Below, piece after piece: positions 10,927 through 24,588 of a stretch of 37,577 nucleotides of DNA. Both the position numbers and the translations under genes were made by a program. Under the pieces are notes generated by a model. That model saw only the letters and a program-made list of their open reading frames with translations. It had not been told where the DNA came from and did no database searches. How positions within the stretch are numbered: the stretch's first letter is position 1; every line of letters starts with the position of its first letter. This DNA comes from Porpidia crustulata (lineage: Eukaryota): positions 1 to 37,577 of the forward strand of contig CAXUWE010000006.1 in assembly GCA_964255105.1 (NCBI GenBank). Reading direction: 5' to 3'.

Positions 10927-13150
10927 ATGCCGCCGCCGGCTCCAACGACAGACAGTTTTCCGAGCTCTGCTTTCAATCCGTCAAACCTCCCCGACTTCAA
11001 TACTCAATTCATCGACGACGCTGATGTCGATGCATTTGCAAAAGCCTTGAACGCGCCGAAAAGCTCTCCGGTGACCGCTCTCAATGATTGGCGCCCGATT
11101 CACCAACGTGTACGGCGGCGAGGTGCCCGATCACGCAGGAAAAGGCCTAAGAGGAGCAAGGATGAGACGAGAGAAGGCTTTGTGTACAACATCCTCAAGT
11201 GGCCACTGCTATTGTTGGTCTCGGGGTGGATCGTCGTCCTTGCATTGTCCTACTTAGGCACTAGACTATATGTTTACAGCTACGAACATGTCTTTACGTG
11301 GAGAGGGTGGAGACAAGAATTGCGGCGGAATCTGCGACGGAAAACCAACTTTGAGGAGTGGAAGCGTGCGGCCGAAGAATTTGACCAGTATCTTGGCAAC
11401 GAGCGATGGAAAGAGTCCGACGATTACGCATTCTATGACTACGCAACTGTGAGGAAGGTTAAGGACCAGCTAGAGGCGAGTAGAGCCCAGGCCAGCTTGG
11501 AAGAGAAAGCATACGGCTGTCCAAGCAGAGAAACGGTCAACCAATTGCAAAGTCTTGTCAAAGACTGCGTCAAGAACAATTTTGTCGGCGTGGAGAACCC
11601 GAGGCTCTACAGCGAGACGTATTATGGGACCAAGCATCTTGCTCAAGATTTTGTCGACGAGCTTCAAGCCTCCCTGGCTTTCATCCTCCATTCCTCCCAC
11701 CTCAGCCAAGCCGACAAAGCCGCCTTCACCACGCATCTTCACGCCAACTTCGGGCGCACCGCCTTATGTCTGTCCGGCGGTGCCAGCTTCGCGTGGTATC
11801 ATTTCGGCGTGGTGAAGGCGCTTCTCGATGCTTCTCTACTCCCAGACGTCATCACTGGCACCTCAGGCGGAGCCCTGGTAGCGGCTTTGATCAGCACGCG
11901 AACGAACGAAGAGCTCCACGCCCTATTGGTACCAGCCCTAGCACACCACATGCGTGCGTGTGATGAACCTTTCCGCGTTTGGGTATCGCGCTGGTGGCGA
12001 ACAGGGGCGCGCTTTGATTCCTTGAAATGGGCCAGACACGCAGCTTGGTTCTGTCGAGGAAGCATGACCTTCCGAGAAGCGTACGAGCGGACAGGTCGGA
12101 TCCTTAATGTTTCGTGTGTTCCTTCGGACCCACACTCCCCCACAATACTAGCCAATTATCTCACAGCCCCAGACTGCGTGATATGGAGCGCCGTCCTGGC
12201 TTCCGCCGCTGTACCTGGAATATTAGCTCCTGTAGTGCTGATGATTAAGACTCGCGGCGGCGGTCTAGCCCCCTGGTCGTTCGGGAACAAGTGGAAGGAT
12301 GGCAGCTTACGAACAGATATCCCCCTAAAAGCATTGAATCTCCATTTCAATGTGAATTTCAGCCTTGTCAGTCAGGTCAATCCACACATTAACTTGTTTT
12401 TCTTCTCTTCCCGTGGCAGTGTTGGTCGTAAGTAATCTTACAGTATTAGTTCTCGCTATTTCAAGCGTCAGAGCTCTAGACTGAGAGCATCGATTGATAA
12501 GTCTTGACTGACTGACTGATTTAGGTCCTGTGCGACACCGCGATGGAAGAGGCTGGCGGGGTGGCTACATTGGTAGTGCACTAGAGACGTATCTCAAGCT
12601 GGACCTACAGAAATTCATTAAGGTCCTCCGGCACCTGGAGCTACTGCCACGTCCATTGGGCCAGGATTGGTCGGTGATATGGCTTCAGCAATTTAGCGGA
12701 ACGATCACGGTATGGCCAAAGAGCCGCATCAGCGATTTCTATCACATTCTTTCAGATCCCACACCCGAGAGACTGGCCAGGATGATCAAAGCAGGCCAGC
12801 AGTCCACTTTCCCGAAATTGCTCTTCCTGGCAAACCGAATGAAGATCGAACATCTTATCGAAGAAGGACTGAGGCTGGGGCGCAAACATGAGGCTGATTC
12901 TGACCATCTCATCCGCAGGGACGATGTAAGCTTCCATTTACATGCTCAGGAAATCGGGATCGGCGCAGACGGCTCTTCGGCGGACGAGCGGCCTCGATTG
13001 AACCATGAAAACCGCCGGTTAAGCATGATGCAGGAGATAAAACGACAAAGTGGCGTGTTTTTTGATGACTATGATGAGGGTGAGGGGGACCTGACCGACA
13101 CGAGTGCCATAGAAGATGAGTCACTCGTGGTAGCGGCAAAGACGGGTTGA
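10927..13150 (+). CDS. Patatin-like phospholipase/triacylglycerol lipase (TGL3/4/5-like, DUF3336 plus patatin); exons 10927-12427, 12525-13150
   Basis: FGRTALCLSGGASFAWYHFGV oxyanion motif, GTSGG nucleophile elbow, KWKDGS catalytic Asp motif and an N-terminal TM segment (WPLLLLVSGWIVVLALSYL). Intron GTAAGT 12428 to TAG 12524. Confidence 0.92.
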
Positions 13151-16100
13151 ATCGTCCGCATTAATAGTAGACAATGAATTCATGGACCATGAATGAAGAA
13201 TTCGAATTTAAGGAGCCAAGCTGCAAGCTGAAATGGAAAGGCAATTGAGAGAAAAGCTGGACGAATAGCAAAATCTTTCGCGAAAGTTCGTAATCTATCA
13301 GCAGAAGGGAATACTGAAATGCTCGGAGAGAGCTTAATTTTCGTAGCCAGTGCGCCGTTTCATCTATTTCTAGTAGCTCGATTCGGCTTGCAACCTTATA
13401 TCAGTATCCTTGCTTCGAAATCTTGCTGTTGTGGATCAAGATATGCTTGGCCTAAGGAGGCAAGCTGTATTCTCTCGGCCTCTTTCTGGCAATAGGAGTC
13501 GCTTCCATACGTCAACGCATAAAAACTTTACAAACTTGCATGGCCTCTTGTGGCTGACCAGTCTAATTTCAAGGTTTCCCAGGCCTAGAGTCAAGAAAAT
13601 AATCGGGAAGATAGAACGGTGAGGGTTCTGTGCTGACCTTGTTCATATAACGCGGAACGATTTTCGGATTCTTTGCGAGGTCTTACTCTCAAGAATACTG
13701 AGATGGCACGAGTGGAAGGTGTCTTCTCGATGAGCGCAATCAAATGCATCGTGCACACAGGGTGTATACGTGAAATTTATGTGTTTCAAGGTCCTACGAA
13801 GGGTTTCAGCTCCGAGTGTATAAATCTACATTGGCCGATACATGGTATCCGAAGTAGAGTAACAAAACCCCATGGCAGATGTATCTTGGGAATAATATAG
13901 TTTAGTTATGATGAAAGTGCTCGACTTACTTTGAATGAGACATGAAAGTAGCAAGATAGAATTAGGTCAATCAAAATAGCTGCCAAGAAAAACTCAGGTC
14001 AGCACGTCAATCTGTTCTCCTCTTAATCCTAACTATACGTATACCTAGAATCATGACGGTTGAAATTCTTACGGAGGATTTCTTAGGCTGGATTATGTAG
14101 ATCCACCAATTCAATGCAAAAGAAAGGAACCTGTCTTGGATACAAATTTGTGTTATTGTGGAGTCTCTTTAGAATAAGAAAGTGGTAGGTAGCCTTAATC
14201 CAACACGGTCACTTTCTTGCTGAGCGTTTTCTTCGCATCTGGGACCGGGTGTCTGTAATTCTTATCAAAGGCATCCTCCCCCCAGCACGATTCGAATTCC
14301 AAAACTTTGAGTATGTGACAAGCTACATCCAGGGCCGAATGATAGTAAGGTATGAGACACTCATATTTATGGATAGCTCCTGGCATCGAGAAACGGTCCT
14401 AAGAAGTTGAGACATCGAGGTGAGCATTTAGTCATCAAGAGCGAGAATACACTACCAATGCGTCCTCACACAGTGACATGTCACTCTCTCATGATATTCA
14501 AGCGGCCATTTGAGGTTCGAACCAAGACGTGCAAAGATGGGTATTCCAACCAGGAGGAAACCAAATCAATGAGAACATCCAAAACCTGGTTATTAGTACA
14601 CGAGAAAAGAGCAACTAGGAGAGCTGATACTCGTGAGAAAGGAAGCTTGGTTTGCAAGACCTGATAAGAGGCAGAACAGCCGGTGAAGTAGAACCTAATT
14701 CAAGTGCAAATAAAACACATAAGGGAAGATGCACATTCCTGGTGCTGTGCACACATTTGGGCATTCTGTTAGACTACCAGACCTCCGAGCGGCTGGACCC
14801 TTGCCTGCTAGCATGGTCATTGTCGAAGAGACTTAAACAAGAGAGTTATGACTGACGTAGGAGCGTCGACATCAAAGTGCTAGCTTTCCATCAAAAGTCT
14901 ACGGATGCGGAGCAACCCTTCAGCAGTCCCGAACATGAAATATCTGAACAAAAGGAAGTATTGATCATGATCAATGCTTTACACGCTGTCACATGGAATT
15001 TGATGCAGCTATCGCTTGATTGGATACAATGTTCACGTTATTCGTCTCCAGCACACGAATTCCGATAGAAATAAGTTAAGCCTGAATAGCGAAGAAAACC
15101 CGTCGGCTTTACCCTGTTCAAGCTGCCATCATATTGAGATTGTGTATTAGTAGTGAGTGAAACATGATGAGTTGAGGGTACGTTGATAGAGGGGTATCAG
15201 CAGATGCAAGTCCAATGCATACCTCTTTGCTAACAATGTATCGATAGCGAACGAACTCGTGACTGCTTTGATGATCTTGTGAGCGTACTAGCGGTGAAAG
15301 TATGTGTAATCGTTGACGGCCGCAGATTGATATAATGTCTCTGCTTCTGACCATTTTGAGTTCTTTTGGTCTCCCCAAGTTGATATTCTTGTTGTTATTC
15401 TTATCATCGTATGCTATAGAAGTCGGTAACGTAAAACATCCACACGTAGTGCTTGTTGGCGCGCATCTTGGAGCGAAGAGTATTTAACCTGAAACGACTA
15501 GGCTTATCAAACCTCGACTAACACCCACGGGTATGGTGGGGGTCTTGTAAGATAATGTTCGTTCTAAGTACTTGTATTATAACCACCGTAAGTTCTAAAC
15601 GTCCCCTCAAGAAATGTTCCTACACAGCATGCGGCCACCAGCCCACTTGACTTACCGTCTGAAGGGTACCGTTTAAGATAAGCTATCATAGCACAATAGC
15701 AGCAGCATCAGCCAAGAATAATGACTGCTTGCCCTACCTGATTCTCTGACGGGTTTTTTAGAGCCCCCACTACGTCGTCCTCGTCAAGGCGCTAGCTTCG
15801 TGGTGCGAGCACGGTCTTCTATACTAGCGGCAACAGTAGGCTGGGACTTGAACTGTCCTGCTGCTGTCCTGCAGCACTGCTTATCTTCGAAATTGCAAAG
15901 CCTGTCGATCTGGCGCCCAGTCAAATCTCGACCTTTCCTTTACGCTGCATCTTCTCCGCATAACTTAATCCTCACTTAGGTGCCCCCGCGCCTTCTAACG
16001 CCGTCGCTATTGGTCGCGCGCTGTCATTCCGATACTTTCCCATCGCTCGTTACTCGTCATTTAATGTGCGACCGAGGGCGGGAACTTCTCGAATTTGGTC

Positions 16101-16411
16101 AGGAACCAATCGACCCCACCATCCTCGAGACATTTATCGTAGAAACACCCTCGAGTCGCCCCTCCAGTCTGTTGGGCCTCGAAATTCTTCGCAACAGGAG
16201 CTAATATCATACTGTTCTTTACACATCTGAGAAAGATAGAAGCCATAGACCTTGTCGAGCTGCAAGACATCGATACCAAGATTGATTGCAGCATTGTCTC
16301 AGCAACACTGACTTCGTGTTTGCGTCCGATATAGCCCAAACTGGGTTGCAGTCCTTTGTGTGTTATATTTATCGTCTTTACACGCGTAGGAAACCCCATG
16401 CATCGCTCAAT

Positions 16412-18970
16412 ATGGATTCGGAGGATGGACAAGCATTCATCAAAGTGAGGAGCCTGGGCTAACCTAGAAGCTCCGAGAACGTTGTTGTCTAAGTTATGAA
16501 GTATGCTAATCTTTCACAGAATCTAGCACATTTTGTCCGAACCCACGAGAAAGCCCTCGCAAACGCTTTGCAGCTACGTAGGCAGGGTCCTAAGAATGGG
16601 CAAACTATGGCCCAAACCGCGCAGAGTGGAACAGCTCATGCCACCCTTTACCAAAGTTCTGCCCTCCCGTCATCAACTTCAAGTGCTTTTGCAGCTGCGC
16701 TCTCCCTGGGAAGTCTTAATTTTGCTTCGCAGACTGTCAAACCAGCGAAGCTCACTCTGACCCCACACCATCTTTTCTTCCTCCTATCTCGCTTCGAAGA
16801 AGTAAGCATATCAATTGGTCCAATGAATGTACGATTAGAAAATATCCATGCAGAGCAATCGCCAGCAAATTATGTCTCCTTCCTCAGTCAATCGCAAAGA
16901 TCGGAGGCTAGGAGTGACCGAGACTCGATACGTTCTGTCTCCAGTGTTCGAAGCGTGATGTCAGGTATGTCGGCTTTATGGTCCAATCTTGGAATTGGAC
17001 CATCCAATAGTGCCATGAAAACCGAGAAGGCCAAGGCCCAAACGGTAGTAGACCTCAAATATCTGTATTCTGCATTTACCAAGATACCTTGTTTACGACT
17101 CTCACCTGACTGCAAAGCTCGTCTGATCCAGGGTTATGAGGAATTTCCTTTCGATACCGCAGTCCCATTACTTGCATTCAAGAACCTCAGTGCTCTTGAG
17201 GTTTGTGATGTAGATTTCAGGCAGTTCTTTGGCTGGGATAGGCTCGCGGACCAACTGCGCTCACTCGTCCTGAAGCGCGCACATTTGGAAGACCCGAATG
17301 ATTTGCTTATCGGAATTGTTTTGGATGATATGGACAAGCGGCGTAGACGCTCTTCGAAAAGCCAGAGTTCACCAGTAGTTGCATTCCCGACAAGCCCATC
17401 GTTGCGATATAGCGACTTGACAGGAACGCATTCAGCCCCCGGTTCGCCGCTCGCAGATGATAGACTCGCCCGTAGCGCTGGTTCTCACAACAGTCTTTCA
17501 CTTCAAAATGAACAAGATGGTTCAGGATCGCGTCCTCGGACACGGCCTAAAAGCACGTCTCCAAGTCGACCCACAAGTTCACGACAAGAGTCCTCTTACA
17601 AGCACATCAAAGGTAGTGCAAACAAGATGAAACGCTCTGGATCCGGAAGCTCAAATTCAAGCGATAATTCGAGCGGGCAGTATCGAGCTAGAAGTTCGTC
17701 TAATTTCCTGAATATAGGAATTCTACCAGCATCAAAATGGAGATTCTTGAGGCACCTTAGCCTGGCCGACAACTCCCTCACGTCCATGACCGCGGGAAGC
17801 CTTTCACCCCTTGCGAATACCCTACATTCATTAGACCTTTCTTCGAATTTGTTCACAGAGATACCAGACTCTTTGTCAATGTTGACTGCACTTCGTGCTC
17901 TTAATCTCTCGAATTGCATGATCGAATCCCTACACTCACTAACGCGATATCCTCTCCCTGCGATCACCGCGCTAAATCTCCGTGCAAATCGTCTAGCGTC
18001 TATCGCTGGCATGGAACGATTGTTGTCCTTAGAGCGATTGGACCTGCGGGATAACAGACTACAGGACCCCATTGAGGTAGCACGACTGACAGGGACACCA
18101 AATATTCGTGAGACCTGGGTTTTAAATAATCCTTTTGTGAAAACCCACAGCAATTACCGGATTACAATTTTCAACCTCTTTCGCACCACTCCGGGCTTCC
18201 TTGAGGATATGATAATCGACGGGACCGGCCCTGGGTACAGCGAACGAAGGCAGATCCAGGACCGCATTGCAGAGGTGGAAAGTGTTCCAGTGGTCAAGCC
18301 AGAACATGTAAATGATGGGACAGTTGTTCCGCCCTCGAGAGATATGTTACTTACAACCCCTGCCGGGGACAACGAAGGTCAGGCCGAGGAGAAGTTAGAG
18401 CGACCGACACCTCGAACGCTAAAGAGCGAAAACCTTGTGAGCTCAAATCGCCGGAGAAAGGGCGCAAGACGAAGGATCGTGGACTTAGCCAGTGCTGAGC
18501 GTGTTTATCATCAGGTCTCGAGTGAGGTACCGCCCTGCGTGCAAGCTTCAGGTCTTGGTAATCCAGTAGATTCTAGAGCGAAGCATGAGCTACCCAGACT
18601 TAACGTAGAGGATGTTCAGCTACGTCGAGATTCAGCGAAATCGATGTCTGTGAGCGCTTCTGGCGGAGCATCTACCATGCATTTGACGTCCCAGCCAAGG
18701 TTTACGGACAAGGGTCGCTCTGTTGCACATGAGATTCAGAATCTAAAGTTGAGTGGAGAGGCCTATCGTCAGAAAGTAGAGTCTCTGAAGCGTGAAGTCG
18801 GTAGTAATTGGCTAAGCGTCCTCGGTGAAGAAGGCAGGAACTCCCACGGTGGACCTGAGTTTGACCCCTCGAATCCTGGATTCAAAAACATTGGTGCTAC
18901 CAGGCCAGAGCTATCTGAGCTCCGTGCAACAAGCCAGGGAATCACCAGCGGTGGCCGGATGCTGGGCTGA
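16412..18970 (+). CDS. Leucine-rich repeat protein (fungal nischarin/STK11IP-like); exons 16412-16444, 16520-18970
   Basis: MDSEDGQAFIK|NLAHFVRTHEKALANAL after intron 16445-16519 (GTGAGG..GCTAAT..CAG). LRRs LRHLSLADNSL, LHSLDLSSNLF, LRALNLSNCMI, ITALNLRANRL and LERLDLRDNRL, plus an LRR cap NNPF...YRITIF. Confidence 0.88.
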
Positions 18971-19713
18971 ACAAACAGCCCGCGTGGTCACTGCAGAATG
19001 ACAATCTGTATCTCAACTTTTTGGTATTATTGCACTATGTTCCACTTCAGTTCTTGAACGTTTTCTCCAGGTCAGGCATGGAGGTCTATGGTTTTTCCGG
19101 TAATGACCATTTGATTTCTTACTCGATACTCGCGCACCTGTCTCAAACTTGTTCCGCATTGAGTGCTTTGCTTCAAATCTTCTCCTCTGTTTCTAGAAGT
19201 TTTGTAAGGTGGCTTGCTGTTCGTGCAACTCTGCATTTCAAGCGGGTATTTGATTTAAAGGCGTTGGCATTACACGGCGCTCTTCGAGACTGCGACATAT
19301 TTTGGCAGCGTTCGGATAGCCGGATTCCCATGATTATTCATATGCATTCAGATAAATCTAAAATTGAGATTTATCTGGCCACTCCATTGGACCCTGTATA
19401 CTATTCGTTGATGTATTCAAGGAGTAAACACCTCGCCAATGTAATACGAGGGGAATCCTACTCCCCAAAATCCCTGTCATTCATGAGAAGAGAGCATTTG
19501 GTATGCAAACAAGTGAGTCCGTATGTAAGAGGAGTAGGCAGAGATCATCTTGGGATACACCAAGCAACGTGTGGAGTTGTACGGTCTGATATCTGCGTAA
19601 AGTTATGATGTAGGGGAGAGAATTCACAGGGCGAGGCGTCATGGTCTCCCGTAGTGATTCTTAACCTTAGCGCGCTTCAGGCTTGCATTCCTCTCGCTCT
19701 CCTGAGACCTTAG

Positions 19714-20254
19714 GTAAGAAGGCATAACCTTCGCAACGTCACATCATATCACGAAATAGATTTGACATTCTGTCAATACATTACCGCGCCATATTCCCCC
19801 CAGCCTTCATACTGAGTCTGTGAGCTGCATTTGAAAGCAGACTTCGCTGCTTCAACGTCAACAAAAGGACTTTGACGACAATCCGTTTTGAGGTGCTACA
19901 AGAATTTTCTCCAACAGAGCCCATACGACCTGGAAGTGCCCCGCGTCACAGATGTACACTCAACTCATGTGCTATTTCATAACCACGCCTCTGACTAAAT
20001 ACTAGAAGCACACTGATATTTAGACACCCGGCCACCCCGCTGTGAGCACACGGACTGTTCCCTTGTTCTCTTGCGCAGCTGTAAAGCATAGTAGCGGAAG
20101 CCTTCTTGCTGGCTCTGGTAAAGTCAGTTCTCCTAAATTTTCAATGTGGAAGGACGCTACCGTCGGTGCTGGGTCCTCACGAGTCTGCCCTATTGGCAGG
20201 CGCGTGTTGCTATTTATCATTGGGAGATTCGGCTAACATCCCATACATTAGCAG
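19714..20254 (+). other. Putative 5'-UTR introns of the PP1 gene (19714-20023 and 20042-20251/20254) flanking an 18-nt non-coding micro-exon
   Basis: GTAAGA donor at 19714; CTGAT..TTTAG acceptor at 20023; GTGAGC donor at 20042; GCTAAC..TAGCAG acceptor at 20251 or 20254. Confidence 0.45.
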
Positions 20255-20367
20255 TAATAGATCTTTTAAGCCGTGAAACTTAGATCAGGAGCATTGATCA
20301 ATTTATCTCCGAGTCCTGCCCTGCGCGCTTTCTAGCAGACACCGAATCTTATCAGCAGGGAACAATT

Positions 20368-21634
<1,267 letters not shown>

Positions 21635-22529
21635 ATTTTACGTACCAACACGAACTTCCCGTGTGCAGCAGGTTCGGACGGAAATAAATCTTCACCAACC
21701 CCACGATATCACGCCAGTCGAAGTCACGAAACGCTAGCTATCACTCGACGAGCCCTCCCTCCATTCCCTTTACGTTCTCCGAACACCTTTGGCTTCCGTT
21801 GGCACACCTCCCTCTTACTACGCTTACGATGCCGACGATGCAGACGGTGGAATGTTGATAGATGGCGGGAAAGGAGGGGGTGAGCTTGTTCTCTATATTC
21901 GGTTTGCTTCGCTGATGTGGACTGGGCTGGAATCTTGTCAGCGGTCTGTTTTCGATACGTAGTGTTTGCCTAGTACTTAGGGGTAAAAAGGAGCCGATCA
22001 AAGGGGAATTTTCACGCGCAGTCGCTGCTTCTCATGTCTGTGAACCTGCCAACCTGATATGTCATGTGACTGGTAATATAAGCAATGCACCAAAGCAGCA
22101 TTCTGGACCCTACCAGGGGCGTCTACTTTTGCTCACGGCTTCCCGTCCAATCACCGCATCGGCCGAGTCGACCGGGTCCAGAGGCCGAGGACGCGCATGG
22201 CCATCATGGCTGCGTAGAACCAAAGCCGCCACGACAGTCGGTCACAGAAACAGAGCGGGCATATCAGGCTACCAAGGTAGCGAAAACGGTCGAGAGGGTG
22301 CACCCCGCGCCGGCCCCGGACCAGGCTGCCAGGGTCGCATACCATGCATCGGCACGTAGCATGCACGCAACCGATCGCACCCAATACAATGGTATTGATA
22401 TCTTGTGTTATGCTATAGTGAATTTGCTCTTTGCTCTATTCAAGCCGTCCACCCCTTCAAGAGTTTCCACGGCCGGATCCCTCCCTCTCAACTTTCGCAT
22501 GGAAATTTGATCGCGACCGCCCTGACCGT

Positions 22530-23533
22530 CTAGACGTATTGCGATAGCCACCTGATACCTTCACCGTATCCTGCGCATCGGAAGAGTAGGTCAGTCGGCG
22601 GCTGCCTTCAAGATCCCTCGCTCCCGTATCTTTGCTCCAGGGGCAACGAAAGACTCACCTTGCCTCATGACAACGCTGCACATGAACACCTCGATCGGCC
22701 GGATCCCGTCCAGCTGCACCTTGCCCTTGCCCGTCGTCTGCCACAATCCCAATTGGTGCCGCAGTTCCTCCTCGCTGACCGCGTCCGGGTGGTCAATCTT
22801 GTTCCCCAAGATCAGGAAGGGGACTTTGGAGAGGTCTTCCATGGAGAGCAGGGCGTCGAGCTCGGCTTTGGCTTCAGGGAGGCGCTCGAGGTCTTTGGCG
22901 TCGACGAGGAAGACGATGCCGGAGACTTCGGGGAAGTAGTCGCGCCAAAGGCGGCGGGCTGATCGATTCAGTTGGCGGGGTTTCACGTGAAAATGGTGGC
23001 GGGTGGATGACGGAGAAAATGACAAAAGGGGGCATACCTTGTTGATGGCCACCAAGGTCGAAGGTAGTGAATCTGTTGTTGCCTATGGCAAGTTCTTCAG
23101 AGGCTGTTTCCTTTATCTTAGTAATTGTTCTGGACGTTGCGGCGCCCTGCCTCGGGATCCTTGGGAGAGGAAACAAGACATACTAGGATGGAGGGTAGGT
23201 TGTAGGATAGCAACTCGGTCATTCTGTAATCCGGGAATGAGCCAGCGCTGTCTTATATTGAAGCAACATGAAATGTGGCCCGGAAGTTGGGTATATCCAC
23301 TTTGACCGTGGCGGGAACGAAAGACACTACCCACCTTCAGCATGTGTAGTAACGTTGTCTTCCCGGCATTGTCAAGCCCCAAGAACAGGAGCTTCGCATG
23401 CTTATTTAGGAGCCCCAAGGAAGCGAGGATATCCCAAACTATGCAGGGCAACCAGAACAGTCAGTGGATGGGTATATGGAGATTGTGAACGGAAGGTCTT
23501 CGTGACCAGCCTACACCAGTTGATCATCCACAT
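22530..23533 (-). CDS. SAR1: COPII small GTPase Sar1; exons 23533-23515, 23438-23335, 23223-23184, 23103-23038, 22958-22659, 22570-22530
   Basis: [25 protein letters not shown] (P-loop), [50 protein letters not shown]. Five GT-AG introns. Confidence 0.98.
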
Positions 23534-23999
23534 GTTTGTACTTTCCTGGTCTCCAGCGCTGGGCCTTGATAAAGGTGCAGGAGTGGTGAGGTGGATGTAG
23601 AGAGTTGTCCGAAGGCGCTTCGAAATCTATTGGGTAGTGCAGCGTTGAAGATCACTTTGTTGAAGTTCGGCCTGCTAGCTTGTATATTTTCTAAATATGC
23701 TGCCTGTGCCAAGCTACTCTACAGTAGGCCTAGGGTTAGGGTCGTTCCACTAGTTTGGGCCTAGTTGGTCTGTTGAGGAGTGTGTTCAGCCCATCTATAT
23801 AATTAATTAAATTATCACAGAGAACAGTGCTAATGTGACCTCTACGCTCACTCTACAACATCAACAATTATCACTCAAATATCTGTCTTTAAAGATGTGG
23901 TTGAATGCATCATTATGGAATTGTAAGATGTCTACCAACCAGGCTCGTGTGGATCATGGTCGAACACAGGCTATGATATGCTACCAATACTATCGGAAT

Positions 24000-24588
24000 T
24001 TACCACCACTTACAAGGCAGCCACCCAGCGTTCCCCCCGGGTGTTTCTGTTGCAATCATACAGAAGTTGCCTTGAGCGTCCATGAACACAAAGTCTGATT
24101 GGATCTGCTCTCCCACAACGCTGCTCCGCGTCGTAGATCCGTCCCAAGGTTTTGCGGTTCCATTGGGGAAGGTCCCCGTGATTGACTTCGGGACCAGCGG
24201 ATACTTCTGAAGAGTGCTGGTGTCCCTGCACCCACTCGCCCATGGGCTTCCCTTGTTGGGGAACGGTCTCCCATCAACGAATTTGAGATTGGCGAGCGGA
24301 TATTTCATAGGAAACCCTTGGGTGGTTCCAACATCCTGAAAAATGTCTTGATCCCCAGCGGCTTGGATCTCGCAGGGAAAGTAGGCTATGTTGAAGCATT
24401 TGGCGTGGACTGGAAGACTCCCAGTAACGGGTAAGTGACGCTTTCCATGAGGCAATTAGGCACAAATTCGAGGGAATATGTCAGCAAGACAAAAACACAC
24501 CTCCTCAACCGGCACAACTAGGCCCCAAGCTAGAGGCGACAGAACAGCGCTGAGCAGGAGAATCGACTGTTGCCGATGTAAGCATCAT
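24000..24588 (-). pseudogene. Small secreted RNase T1/N1-fold-like protein lacking catalytic residues; start frameshifted (pseudogene or sequence error); exons about 24585-24501 and 24440-24000
   Basis: Signal-peptide-like SILLLSAVLSPLAWGLVVPVEE, then a 60-nt intron 24500-24441 (GTGTGT..CCTAAT..AAG), then ..KCFNIAY..EIQAA..FPMKY..C..QKYPL..PWDG..SDFVFMDAQGNFCMIATETPGGNAGWLPC. The ATGs at 24588 and 24585 are one base out of frame with the signal peptide. Confidence 0.6.

Noticed and set aside
14472..14485. 14-bp palindrome AGTGACATGTCACT
   Set aside because: Isolated, with no associated terminal repeats or target-site duplication.
19021..19608. 195-aa ORF after the LRR gene
   Set aside because: TTG start, no recognisable motif, and it lies in 3' UTR/intergenic sequence.
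22066..22510. Overlapping GC-rich ORFs between convergent PP1 and SAR1
   Set aside because: No motifs in any frame; best explained as 3' UTR sequence.
23730..23742. Telomere-like CTAGGGTTAGGGT in the SAR1 promoter
   Set aside because: Only about two units; may be chance, and function cannot be supported.
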